From Promethearchaeia archaeon (GTDB taxonomy: Archaea; Asgardarchaeota; Lokiarchaeia; Sigyniarchaeales; SOKP01), in assembly GCA_029856155.1 (NCBI GenBank), contig JAHQWL010000023.1, positions 96,001-160,000 on the forward strand: a stretch of DNA of 64,000 nucleotides. The letters run 5' to 3'. Both the position numbers and the translations under genes were made by a program. This document shows, piece after piece, positions 1 to 9,494 of this stretch (position 1 is its first letter; every line of letters starts with the position of its first letter). The notes beneath the pieces are model-generated. The model was not told where the DNA came from. It searched no databases and was given only the letters and a program-made list of their open reading frames with translations.

Positions 1-286
1 ATGCTAAGATGGAATTGGGATTTCGGTTAAGAACATTCTGACCAAGTGCTATTGTAGGTCCTAAACCAGTAATTGACTTTACATTCGCAGGGTTCAGTTT
101 CATCTCTTCTTTATTGACTGAAAATGCTTCTAAAAATCTGCGGCGAGCTTCTTTATATAATGTATCGAAAATTAATGAGGTTTTTCCCGATCCAGAAACA
201 CCTGTTACTACAGTAAGCCCATCCTTGATATTAACATCAATATCTTTTAGGTTATTTTCTTGTGCGCCTCGAATTTTAATTTCCAT
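1..286 (-). CDS. UvrA-like ABC ATPase, N-terminal part only (runs off the window edge); not in the ORF track
   Basis: Manual translation from the ATG at 286: MEIKIRGAQENNLKDIDVNIKDGLTVVTGVSGSGKTSLIFDTLYKEARRRFLEAF...GLGPTIALGQNVLNRNPNSILA. This is the UvrA N-terminus with Walker A GVSGSGKT and no stop before the edge. Confidence 0.9.
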   Translation of the reverse strand, partial: MEIKIRGAQENNLKDIDVNIKDGLTVVTGVSGSGKTSLIFDTLYKEARRRFLEAFSVNKEEMKLNPANVKSITGLGPTIALGQNVLNRNPNSILA

Positions 287-303
287 GGTTATTAAAGAAT
301 TTT

Positions 304-2811
304 TTAATTAAGATAGGGACCTGTTCTGGACTTTTTATTCATTTTAATTTGATATGGAGTGCCCTCTGCGATGATTTCTCCTCCTTTTGGACCTCCTTCA
401 GGTCCTAACTCGATTACATAATCACAATACGAGAGAATTTCTGGATCATGCTCAATTATAAGCACAGTATTTCCTTCTTGAACTAATTTTTCAAGTAAAT
501 CTATTAGTTTAATTGCATCATAAAAAGATAATCCAACAGTAGGTTCATCTAAAATATAGAGGGATGAACCCTTTCTGATTTTCCCTAATTCTTTTGCTAA
601 TTTTACTCGCTGTGCTTCTCCTCCACTCAGTGTAGGAGCTGGTTGTCCAAGCTCAATATAGCCCATTCCAATATCATCCAATATCTTCAGCACTCTTGAA
701 ATGCTTTCCTGCGATTTAAATAAATCTGCAGCCTCGGTGACAGTCATTTCGAGTACATCTGATATAGATTTTCCTTTATATTGAATTTCTAAGATCTCTG
801 GTCTATATCTTAGTCCCTTGCACTCCTTACATGGAATTTCAAAGCTAGTAAGGAAAGAGACTTGAAGATCTTGAACTCCCTGACCTTTACAAGCAGGACA
901 ACGACCACGATCAGAATTATAAGAAAAATGTCCAGCGGTATACTCTCGCTTTTTAGCCTCACCTGTCTTTGCAAATAAGTTACGAATCTTATCCCATATT
1001 CCTATAAAGGAACAAGGGGTTGAAGTACGAACACGTGAGATGGGTTTTTGATTAACAACAACGACTCCATCAATCTTTTCCCATCCTTCTACTTGTCCAG
1101 AATACTCTAACAGATCTCCCCCGTTTTCCTCCTCCTCTTCACCATTTTCTCCCATTTTTTGTTTTTGATTTTTTGCCCCTCTTTTAAAGTAAGGTTTTAA
1201 TAAGGGAACTAAAGTATCTAAAATAAGAGAGCTTTTTCCAGAACCAGATACACCAGCAATACCCACCATCAAACCCAAAGGAAATTTAACGGTCACATCT
1301 TTCAAATTATTTGTAGTAGCATTCTTGAGTATTAGATATTTTATGTCACCACCAGTTTCTCTATTAACACTAGAATCTTTGTCTGGTAATGAAATATTTC
1401 CTGCAAGAAACTGTCCTGTATATGATTCCTTAATCTCTTTAATGCCTTCAAGTGATCCTTGATATACAATATTACCTCCATCAACACCTGCACCTGGTCC
1501 TATATCAATTATTTCATCTGCCATATCTATAAAATGCTTATCATGTTCGACAACAATAACAGTATTACCTAAATCTTTTAATTGTTGTAAAATATGAACT
1601 AATGAATCTTTCTCTTGCTCGTGCAAACTCATGCTGGGTTCATCTAAGATATAAACCAATGAATCCAATCCTCCATCTAGATGAGTCATTAGTGAAAGCC
1701 TTTGTAATTCTCCTCCGCTTAGTGTAGGTAAGGAACGATGTAAATGTAAATAAGATAATCCAACGTTTATCATTCGGTTTAAGCCCTGTTTGACATTATC
1801 TAGCATTGATCTCCCCTGTGGACTTTGAATATCTTTATCGGTTAATTTTTCAAAGAATTGTTTCACTTGATCAATTGTCATTGTGGCAAGTTCTCCTATA
1901 TGTCTATCTGCAATTTTAACATCTCTTGACTCTTCATTTATGCGAAATCCATGACATTCTTCACACTTTTTCTTTGACATATACTCCTTAGTGATTTTAT
2001 TCTTTCTATATGCACTCTTACCTTCCGTCATCGCGCGTTCCATATGGGGGATAATCCCTTCAAACACTCTTTCTAATTCCCCTTGAAATGTTTTGGACTC
2101 CCACCAAAACTTGAACTTCTTACCTTTACTCCCATAAATGTATAAATCTTTAATTTCTTGTGGTAAATCCTTGTAAGGAGTCTTAATATCAAAATTAAAG
2201 AAATTTGGAAGTTGTTCCACGAACCTAATTTGGTCTGCAAAGCATCCTGAACCCGCTTTAGTAATCTGTATTAAATTCCTATTATAATCTTGAACAATCA
2301 TTTCTTCTATAAAGTGCATTTCATATCCTCGACCCTTACATGCTAAACACATCCCAGAAGGCTCATTAAAGGAGAAATGTTTAATTTGCTTACGCTCGAC
2401 AATCATCCCACATGAATCACATTCTAAAGATGATTGATTTACTGGTTCTTTACAAATTGGGCAGATAAGGATACCCTCTGTTGCGTATAACATCCGGATT
2501 AAACCATAAATACCTGTTTTTGTACCCACTGTTGATCTAGGGTTAAATACTCTTGTAGTCCTTTGCTCAACAGCAACGGTTGGACTTAATCCTTCAATCA
2601 TATTAAAGGGTTTTTCATCTTCAAACTTGGGTGGGAAGCCAATAGATTGAAGATATCGGTTCATCCCTTCGTCAAATATAATATCAAAAGCTAAACTAGA
2701 CTTTCCTGAACCAGATACACCCGTAATAAGGATCATCTTACCCTTAGGAATGTCGACATCTATATCCTTTAAATTATGTATTCTTGCTCCTCTTACTTTT
2801 ATAACATTCAT
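304..2811 (-). CDS. uvrA: UvrA-family protein, short (class II/DrrC-like) type
   Basis: Two Walker A motifs (GVSGSGKS), two LSGGE signatures, two YILDEP Walker B motifs and CxxC zinc modules; 835 aa, shorter than canonical ~940-aa UvrA. Confidence 0.9.
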   Translation of the reverse strand: MNVIKVRGARIHNLKDIDVDIPKGKMILITGVSGSGKSSLAFDIIFDEGMNRYLQSIGFPPKFEDEKPFNMIEGLSPTVAVEQRTTRVFNPRSTVGTKTGIYGLIRMLYATEGILICPICKEPVNQSSLECDSCGMIVERKQIKHFSFNEPSGMCLACKGRGYEMHFIEEMIVQDYNRNLIQITKAGSGCFADQIRFVEQLPNFFNFDIKTPYKDLPQEIKDLYIYGSKGKKFKFWWESKTFQGELERVFEGIIPHMERAMTEGKSAYRKNKITKEYMSKKKCEECHGFRINEESRDVKIADRHIGELATMTIDQVKQFFEKLTDKDIQSPQGRSMLDNVKQGLNRMINVGLSYLHLHRSLPTLSGGELQRLSLMTHLDGGLDSLVYILDEPSMSLHEQEKDSLVHILQQLKDLGNTVIVVEHDKHFIDMADEIIDIGPGAGVDGGNIVYQGSLEGIKEIKESYTGQFLAGNISLPDKDSSVNRETGGDIKYLILKNATTNNLKDVTVKFPLGLMVGIAGVSGSGKSSLILDTLVPLLKPYFKRGAKNQKQKMGENGEEEEENGGDLLEYSGQVEGWEKIDGVVVVNQKPISRVRTSTPCSFIGIWDKIRNLFAKTGEAKKREYTAGHFSYNSDRGRCPACKGQGVQDLQVSFLTSFEIPCKECKGLRYRPEILEIQYKGKSISDVLEMTVTEAADLFKSQESISRVLKILDDIGMGYIELGQPAPTLSGGEAQRVKLAKELGKIRKGSSLYILDEPTVGLSFYDAIKLIDLLEKLVQEGNTVLIIEHDPEILSYCDYVIELGPEGGPKGGEIIAEGTPYQIKMNKKSRTGPYLN

Positions 2812-2823
2812 TTTATTACTCCT

Positions 2824-3495
2824 TTATATCTTGGTTTTTATTTTTTGTAAAATATAATAAGCACAATCACTTTCATTAGGATTGGCTTTTACCCATCTAA
2901 TTTCAGCTTCAATGGCTTCAATATTTTTGAATAGATGAGGATCTTTTTTTTCTTTACGAATCTCCTTTATTTTATTATCCAATGGTTCATAATATTCCGT
3001 CCACCAGCAACCCTCAGGCCAGTTCAATTGTTTGATCAGATTGAATCCATACTTGGTTATCAAATCCCGATTTTTATCCATAGTTTTGATAGCCTGTCCA
3101 AGCACTAAATACCCTCCAACCTTTAGGATTCGATGGCATGCTTCGAAGCTTTTCTTAAAACCAATTATCTGCACCACGCCCGCCTCCCAAACTATATCAA
3201 AGTAGTTTTCTGGAAAATCATTTTTTAAAAGGTCCATTCTTTTAGTAAGGATTCTACTTGTAAGGTTTCTTGCCTTTATTTTTTTGTTTAATCGATCTAA
3301 AAGCACTTGGTCAATATCTATAGCAATGATATCACCATTGGACAATTTCGCAAACTCGATGGTAAGAAGACCAGATCCACAACCTAAATCAAGTATTTTC
3401 GGTTTTTCCATCTCTGGAAGCAATTCAAACGCCTCCTTCATGTATTTAAGGAATTTTTCCCTTAACCGTTCAGTATATAGTTCCTTATATGACAT
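2824..3495 (-). CDS. Class I SAM-dependent methyltransferase
   Basis: ILDLGCGSG motif I, IIAIDID motif II, FDIVW, and RILKVGGYL. Confidence 0.9.
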   Translation of the reverse strand: MSYKELYTERLREKFLKYMKEAFELLPEMEKPKILDLGCGSGLLTIEFAKLSNGDIIAIDIDQVLLDRLNKKIKARNLTSRILTKRMDLLKNDFPENYFDIVWEAGVVQIIGFKKSFEACHRILKVGGYLVLGQAIKTMDKNRDLITKYGFNLIKQLNWPEGCWWTEYYEPLDNKIKEIRKEKKDPHLFKNIEAIEAEIRWVKANPNESDCAYYILQKIKTKI

Positions 3496-3503
3496 TTTTT
3501 TTC

Positions 3504-3935
3504 TTAATTTTTTATATTTGGATTAATTCTATTTCCACAATCAAAACATTCAGCATCATGAACACAAATCTCACCTCCACATTCGGGGCAAGTATAGAGT
3601 TTTTGTTGCTCATGAAGCCACTTCTCGGCTCCGATTTCTTGAACTCTCTTTAAATTATTAATTATGTTCACGGAATATCTATCTTGATATTGAGAATCAA
3701 TTTTTTGTAGCTTTTGACACGGAAATTTATCACATTCATAACAAAAATCTATTTCTTTTTTCAATAAGGCTGGACAATCCCTTCTAATAAATGCACATTT
3801 CTTAAATCTGATTCTGCAACCATCACAACCTTGTTTATACCCTCTCTTCTCCAATTGATCCTTCTTCTTAAGAAGAAATGCACGGCAAGCACCGCAATAT
3901 ATACCACAAGGCGCAGCTAAATTATTATTTACCAT
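3504..3935 (-). CDS. DUF3795-like Cys-rich metal-binding protein (start corrected to ATG 3935)
   Basis: APCGIYCGAC...CDGC...C...C...FCYECDKFPC plus a C-terminal CPECG...CFDCG. The track's extension to 4049 overlaps the upstream gene. Confidence 0.8.
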   Translation of the reverse strand: MVNNNLAAPCGIYCGACRAFLLKKKDQLEKRGYKQGCDGCRIRFKKCAFIRRDCPALLKKEIDFCYECDKFPCQKLQKIDSQYQDRYSVNIINNLKRVQEIGAEKWLHEQQKLYTCPECGGEICVHDAECFDCGNRINPNIKN

Positions 3936-3946
3936 TTTATCACGAT

Positions 3947-5083
3947 CTAATTTTTTATTTTTGATAGTCTTGTAAATAAATCTTCTTCTTTTGAGAGGAT
4001 TTGTAATGCGATATTGTGTAGCTCCCCAAAATCTACATGGTTTATACAATCATCTTTATATTTATCTGCAGCATTCTTCAACCTTTCTGCGATCAGGGTC
4101 CAATTCTTAGCGGATTCCCCAATTATCGGAATACACTCCCCAAGAATCTTGAATTCATTGATTTTCCATGCTCTGGTACCCTCTTTAAGCTCAGGATGTG
4201 TTAATAATTCCTCTAAAAATGATTTATAAAGCTTTCTGAAAGATGCTCCTCCTGTACCCCATGTTTCAATATATCCATAAGTAAGCTCAAACATTAGGCT
4301 TGCTAAGGAAATTTCATTACCTTTAGAGTTTGTTATGCTTTTATTTAATTTATCTTCCCATGTGAGGATAGAATTAGCAAATCCCTTTAATCCTTGGATG
4401 CCGTTATAATTCATCGAGGGTCGTAGCATATTATTAACGACTCGTTGAATCGCTAATCTAACTCCCCCAGTTAAAGGTGGGTGCTTACCATCGGGGCGAG
4501 GAGTCATAGAGAACTGAGTATTACTTGGATGTAAAAATTTAGGTCCATATGTAGAGCTTCTTGCTGTCTTCAATATATCAATTGGGACTTTTTGAAATCC
4601 CTCAAATTCGGTATCTCCTATAAATGCTAGTCCTTTCTCCTCATCATATCCAGCTAATGTTATTGCATGCCCACCAAAATGAGCTTCGTCAAGTCTTTCA
4701 TCGAAACCTTCATAAGGCATATATGCAATATCTACTTTTAAAATAAGAGGTATATTTTGAGTTAGCATCCTTTTTGATTCTTCCCAAGCTTTATCTGCAC
4801 TTGTGAATGATTGTTTTCTGAATGTAATGCCTAACAAACGACACGCCAGACTATTAGGCTCAATGGTGCCTTGCTTTCCTCCCAAGAAGAAAGGGATATC
4901 AGAATCTGGTATAAATGAAATTTGACCTGCTGTATCAAAATAACCGAAACCCATGGTACCATCCAGACCGAATGCCATAGCCTCAGACATTGGAAATCCA
5001 TAATACTCGAAAAGATCTCTCATTGAAGAAGACTCGCAGTGATATCCGTTTCTATGTACGAAATTCTTAACAATATGTTTCAT
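3947..5083 (-). CDS. BtrH N-terminal domain/DUF4872-type protein (papain-like Cys-His-Asp fold)
   Basis: GYHCESSSMRDL, SEAMAFGL, HFGGHAITLAGYD, FIGD and GTGGASFR motifs. Confidence 0.8.
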   Translation of the reverse strand: MKHIVKNFVHRNGYHCESSSMRDLFEYYGFPMSEAMAFGLDGTMGFGYFDTAGQISFIPDSDIPFFLGGKQGTIEPNSLACRLLGITFRKQSFTSADKAWEESKRMLTQNIPLILKVDIAYMPYEGFDERLDEAHFGGHAITLAGYDEEKGLAFIGDTEFEGFQKVPIDILKTARSSTYGPKFLHPSNTQFSMTPRPDGKHPPLTGGVRLAIQRVVNNMLRPSMNYNGIQGLKGFANSILTWEDKLNKSITNSKGNEISLASLMFELTYGYIETWGTGGASFRKLYKSFLEELLTHPELKEGTRAWKINEFKILGECIPIIGESAKNWTLIAERLKNAADKYKDDCINHVDFGELHNIALQILSKEEDLFTRLSKIKN

Positions 5084-5709
5084 TTTTCCTCTACTTCGTT
5101 TGCTTCATAATCATTAGGATTGATTTGACCTCTAACTTTTGTGATTTCGTCTAAAACCAATTTGAAAAATTCCTCATCAGTTTTAAGAATTTTAATAGGG
5201 TGTATAAAGAGTCCTGTTACGTTAATTGGCATTTTTGAAAAATTTGATAGGATTTCATCCAACATAATTTTTAATTCCTTTCTATGTTTCTTTATAATTT
5301 CTAAAGAATGGTTAAATACTTCAATTTGCTCTTCGGGACTTAGAATTGGAAACATTGAAAAAGCAACATAGAAGTCTTCATCATTTTTTCCTGTATAATT
5401 ATATAACACCTCATAAACTTTAGTCCTCAAGACTTCATATCCATAATTCTTGATCTTATAGATTTTTCGAGTCCTACCATCTATTTCTTCTTCATAACTT
5501 TCTACTAATTCATCATTTTCAAGCCTTTCTAAAGTTCTATAAATTGTTGAAAATGAAAAATCAACTCCTATGTTCGTCCAATCCCGCATTCCTCTCTCTT
5601 CAATCCTTTTATTGATATCATACGCATGGCAACCACCTTCATGCATTTTCTCGTTAATTAAGCCCAATAAGACAAAAGCTCGATGTTTTAAGGTATAATC
5701 TTCAGTCAA
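5080..5709 (-). CDS. PadR-family transcriptional regulator
   Basis: HAYDINKRIEERGMRDWT...FSTIYRTLERLE...GRTRKIYKI winged-helix pattern. The stop overlaps the next start (ATGA). Confidence 0.85.
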   Translation of the reverse strand: MTEDYTLKHRAFVLLGLINEKMHEGGCHAYDINKRIEERGMRDWTNIGVDFSFSTIYRTLERLENDELVESYEEEIDGRTRKIYKIKNYGYEVLRTKVYEVLYNYTGKNDEDFYVAFSMFPILSPEEQIEVFNHSLEIIKKHRKELKIMLDEILSNFSKMPINVTGLFIHPIKILKTDEEFFKLVLDEITKVRGQINPNDYEANEVEEK

Positions 5710-5732
5710 GATTGTTCATTATTATTTGCATT

Positions 5733-5759
5733 TTTAAATAATTGACAATATTATTTAAA
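5733..5759. promoter_or_regulatory. Inverted repeat upstream of padR, candidate operator
   Basis: TTTAAATAAT-tgacaat-ATTATTTAAA, perfect 10-bp arms, 24-50 nt upstream of the padR start. AT-rich, so it could arise by chance. Confidence 0.35.
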
Positions 5760-5927
5760 TGAAAAATAAGAAAGTTGTATATTTAAATATTTGCAAAAAA
5801 TAAAAAATGACAATATGAATAAAAAATGTGAAAACTTGACATTGAAAGATTAAAAATCCCTACTAAAGATGAATAATCCTTAATTAATTATTATTAATTT
5901 ATCAAAATAATATTAGGTGTTAAATAT

Positions 5928-6260
5928 ATGGATATGAAGGAAATTATAAAAAATTGTCAATTAACTGAGGAAGAAATGCAAGAATATTTACGAGTAACTA
6001 AAAAAATTGACCATAAAGAAGATCATAGACGAGCTTATAGAACTATGATGAATAAGACGAGGAGAAAATTATTAAAATTCATAGGAACAAATATAAAAAC
6101 ATCTGAACAAATAAAGAATACATTTCATGAAGAAGAGGGCCAACTAATATATCATTTATCAATGTTAGAACAATTATTATACATAATGAATACAAAAAGC
6201 GGTTGGAAAGCAACCCCAAGAGGGATAGGTTTTTTGAATAATGCAATTATGGGAGATTAA
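5928..6260 (+). CDS. ArsR-like winged-helix protein
   Basis: NKTRRKLLKFI...QLIYHLSMLE...GWKATPRG. Confidence 0.7.
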   Translation: MDMKEIIKNCQLTEEEMQEYLRVTKKIDHKEDHRRAYRTMMNKTRRKLLKFIGTNIKTSEQIKNTFHEEEGQLIYHLSMLEQLLYIMNTKSGWKATPRGIGFLNNAIMGD

Positions 6261-6301
6261 GACTGTAGCAGAAAAATAAGTTTCCAATTTTTAATTTTTT
6301 C

Positions 6302-6399
6302 AATTTTGGAGTACACTTACCTATTATCATACCTGCCGCTTTACTATCGAGTTTTATCTATGTTCCTATATATAAGAAAACAGGAAATGTAATCTCAAG
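6302..6399 (+). repeat. Diverged 98-bp copy of the 3' end of the downstream hydrolase gene (8104-8201); gene relic
   Basis: Ungapped manual alignment gives 10 mismatches in 98 nt. It translates NFGVHLPIIIPAALLSSFIYVPIYKKTGNVIS versus NFGVYLPITIPTTLLSSFVYVAIYKKTGNIIS. Confidence 0.9.
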
Positions 6400-6546
6400 A
6401 GAAAAATATAAGAGAAAATTTGTTCTCTTATATTGAGATTTGAAAAGGTAAAAATGATGAAAAATTACTCATAGTAGTTCATTAAATTTATAAAAGGAGA
6501 AATCAAAACAAAATATATACTTTTTAAATTTTAACAAAAACTGAAT

Positions 6547-8259
6547 GTGAAAAACAATATGAGCAGAATTATTACGAAAAAAAGAATAATTTTGATTTTG
6601 GTTTTCCTCTCTGTTTTTATATTGGGAACCGTTTTAATCTTTACAGTCCCTTTAAGTGTTAAAAGCACTTATGGGCTTACAACGCATACTTCAGATGGAG
6701 TAATGATTTATTTTAATGTCTTCGAACCACAAGAAAGTTATTATCAAAAGTATAATGGCAACAATCCTAAAAAAGCTGTTATAATAGGGCATGGGCACAT
6801 GGCAAATAAAGAAATATTGAAAGGGTACGCTATTGAATTGGCTAATGCGGGTTTTGTTGCCGTAGTGTTTGATTTCAGAGGACACGGACAAAGCCTCGGG
6901 GAAATCGATCGAGGGGCGATAATTGATGAGGTTCGGGCTATTAAAGGGTATTTAAATTCTAGAGATGATATCGACATAAATAATCTTGGATATATAGGTT
7001 ATTCTATGGGGGGCTTCCCAGGAAATCAAATTATTTCAGAAGATACCGATTTTAAGTGTTTCATTGGAATTGGAACGGGGCTGCCCACAGAAGATTATCA
7101 CCCTGAATATTCAATAAAAGCCAGTTCTAATCGAAGCTTAAATATCCTCATGATTCAAGCTCGATTTGACGAGGCAGTTACTGTATCAAGACTAAAAGAC
7201 GGTATGGCATTAAGACTCAATATGACTCCTGAGGATATCGATGTAAATAAACTTTATGGAAGCTTTCAAGACGACAACGCTTCAATGATCTTCCTAGACG
7301 ACAACACTAATCATTTATTACTCGCGTGGGATCAAGATTTTATAAGAGAAGCTAGAAATTGGGTGATTAGTACATTTCCAGATGTAAGACAACCCGACGA
7401 GAATTTTTATGTAAATCTTAGGGTAATTATTCTAATAATTCAATTATTTGGCGGTATTGGTTTGTTTTTTTTAATAATTGATCCTCTTTACGAATCAATC
7501 TTGAAAATTAGAAAAGTAAATCGAGAGGAAGAAGCAATTTTAAAAATAGATTTGCCTGATGTGTCAATAACTAATTTAGCATTACGAACAGTTGCATATT
7601 CTTTAATCCTTGGCTTACCTGGAATACTTATTTTTATGCCTTTATACTTCTTTCCTTTATTTACAGCTGGAAATGTTTTAATGCTCTTATGCGGTCAAAT
7701 GTTTGCAATTTTAATTTTACTTTGGAGAATTGGGAAGAAAGCTGACACTTCTTTAAAACACATCTTAATTGGGCCTTTTAAGAGTAGAAAGACTTTCATT
7801 AACCAAATACTATTAGGAGTAATCTTAACAACCATTTTGTATATAATCATCTATTTATCAATAGGACTAAACTATTTTGCTATACTACCATCTCTCACTA
7901 AACTAGTATACATTCCAATTTGCTTTGTGATTTGTTTCTTTGTCTTTCTCATATACAGCTTACTAAACCAAACAGTGCTCCAAAATAAAATCAAGGATGG
8001 CCTTAAAGGACAGATAATATCAGGAATGATTACTTTTGGCGTACAAATTTTGTACATGATATTATTTCTTCTACTTTTTAGCTTTTTATTAGGAAGTTTT
8101 TTTAATTTTGGAGTCTACTTACCTATTACCATACCTACCACTTTATTATCGAGTTTTGTCTATGTTGCTATATATAAGAAAACAGGGAATATAATCTCAA
8201 GTACATTAATAAACAGCTTTATCGTTACAATGATAACCATTACGGTATCAGTTATTTAA
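6547..8259 (+). CDS. Membrane-anchored alpha/beta hydrolase with a multi-TM C-terminal domain
   Basis: N-terminal TM, IGHG oxyanion region, FDFRGHGQS, nucleophile elbow GYSMGG, and several C-terminal TM helices. Confidence 0.85.
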   Translation: MKNNMSRIITKKRIILILVFLSVFILGTVLIFTVPLSVKSTYGLTTHTSDGVMIYFNVFEPQESYYQKYNGNNPKKAVIIGHGHMANKEILKGYAIELANAGFVAVVFDFRGHGQSLGEIDRGAIIDEVRAIKGYLNSRDDIDINNLGYIGYSMGGFPGNQIISEDTDFKCFIGIGTGLPTEDYHPEYSIKASSNRSLNILMIQARFDEAVTVSRLKDGMALRLNMTPEDIDVNKLYGSFQDDNASMIFLDDNTNHLLLAWDQDFIREARNWVISTFPDVRQPDENFYVNLRVIILIIQLFGGIGLFFLIIDPLYESILKIRKVNREEEAILKIDLPDVSITNLALRTVAYSLILGLPGILIFMPLYFFPLFTAGNVLMLLCGQMFAILILLWRIGKKADTSLKHILIGPFKSRKTFINQILLGVILTTILYIIIYLSIGLNYFAILPSLTKLVYIPICFVICFFVFLIYSLLNQTVLQNKIKDGLKGQIISGMITFGVQILYMILFLLLFSFLLGSFFNFGVYLPITIPTTLLSSFVYVAIYKKTGNIISSTLINSFIVTMITITVSVI

Positions 8260-8326
8260 ATTCCAACTTCTTTTTTTTTTGTAAATATTATTGAGATTAA
8301 TTAAAAATAGAAAATTAATTAAATAT

Positions 8327-8701
8327 ATGGAAAAAAAATTAATTTTTATTCGTTTTACCTTCTGGTATGGTGCTATTCTTGATTTTTTGGTTTTCCTGGA
8401 TATGATTATTTCAATAATATTTGAATTTTCAGTTTCACTGAAGAATGTAAGCACAGATGTCTCTTATAATTATCAAACGGGAACGGGAGCATTTTTAATG
8501 TTAGGGTGGACAATTCTACTTATATGGGCTGATCGTAATCCAATCGAGCGGAAAGATGTTCTACTTCTTACAGCAATACCGGTTGTTATTGGTATTACCT
8601 TTATAAATATCCTGTATACTTACTTCTGGTTTCTTTCACTTATTACTCTCTTTATTTTCATAATTGCTTATTTATTAGCAAGATCAATTGATTCAAGGTA
8701 A
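8327..8701 (+). CDS. Small membrane protein (likely start ATG 8327)
   Basis: Hydrophobic helices; LMLGWTILLIWADRNPIERK motif. Confidence 0.7.
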   Translation: MEKKLIFIRFTFWYGAILDFLVFLDMIISIIFEFSVSLKNVSTDVSYNYQTGTGAFLMLGWTILLIWADRNPIERKDVLLLTAIPVVIGITFINILYTYFWFLSLITLFIFIIAYLLARSIDSR

Positions 8702-8847
8702 ATTAAGTATATTAATTAGAAAATTGCTTAATGAAATTAGATACAATAAATTTCATCAAATAAGTGTTTAATTAAATTTATATAATAACATCACATATTC
8801 ATTCTTAACATTCAATTTATCTTATAAATTAGAAGGTTGAATTAAAA

Positions 8848-9267
8848 ATGAGCGAAAAAAAAAAAGATTCAAATGAGTTATTAAACTTTTTGATGATAAT
8901 AATTGGACTTATTTTCGTTATTAAAGCAATCATGGAATTCTTAGCCTGGGCGGGTATTTATACACCAAGTTGGGCTGTTACCGATGCAGTACTTTCTGTT
9001 TTTGGGGGGCAAGCTATCATTTCAATGTTATTAGGATTCTGGTGTTTAGTCGCCGGTATTGGATTGTTTAGAGAAGAGGAATATGCATTGGGAATGGGAT
9101 TGGTTGTACTAAGCATAATGGCAGCATCGGGGATTATGACAATGATTGGATGGGTTGGAGGCTCTTTTGATGTAGCATATTGGCCCAATTATTTAATAAT
9201 TGTTGCTACAATCGTCGGTGTCTTAGGATTTTTATGGTTACTTTTTACTTACAAGAGATATGATTAA
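8848..9267 (+). CDS. Four-TM hypothetical membrane protein
   Basis: Four hydrophobic stretches; followed by a T-rich tract. Confidence 0.75.
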   Translation: MSEKKKDSNELLNFLMIIIGLIFVIKAIMEFLAWAGIYTPSWAVTDAVLSVFGGQAIISMLLGFWCLVAGIGLFREEEYALGMGLVVLSIMAASGIMTMIGWVGGSFDVAYWPNYLIIVATIVGVLGFLWLLFTYKRYD

Positions 9268-9494
9268 ACTGACGATTTTTACCAATTTTTAATTATTAAT
9301 TCTTTTTTTTAATATTTCGTATTATTTTTTAAATTTTATCTTAATGAAAAAAAAAAATAAAATGTAATTTTAGTTTTTCATCTAATTTTTAACTTTATCT
9401 CAAAACAATATACAAAACCTTTTCTCAATAAATTAAAATTTCAAATCTCATTTTACATACCATCTTTGGAATAAAATAATGCAAGCTTAGGAAA

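Noticed and set aside
114-311. 65-aa plus-strand ORF, and the many other short ORFs opposite or inside long genes (e.g. 3284, 13464, 19639, 45479, 53004, 60002)
   Set aside because: Shadow ORFs overlapping well-supported genes. This one is antisense to the second uvrA-like gene.
3936-4049. N-terminal extension of the DUF3795 ORF
   Set aside because: It overlaps the BtrH-like gene. The ATG at 3935 gives a normal domain start 11 nt after the upstream stop.
6302-8201. Template/variable repeat pair of a diversity-generating retroelement (98-bp repeat at a gene 3' end plus a hairpin)
   Set aside because: The 10 mismatches are not adenine-specific in either copy or strand, the target is a TM segment, and there is no reverse transcriptase in the window.
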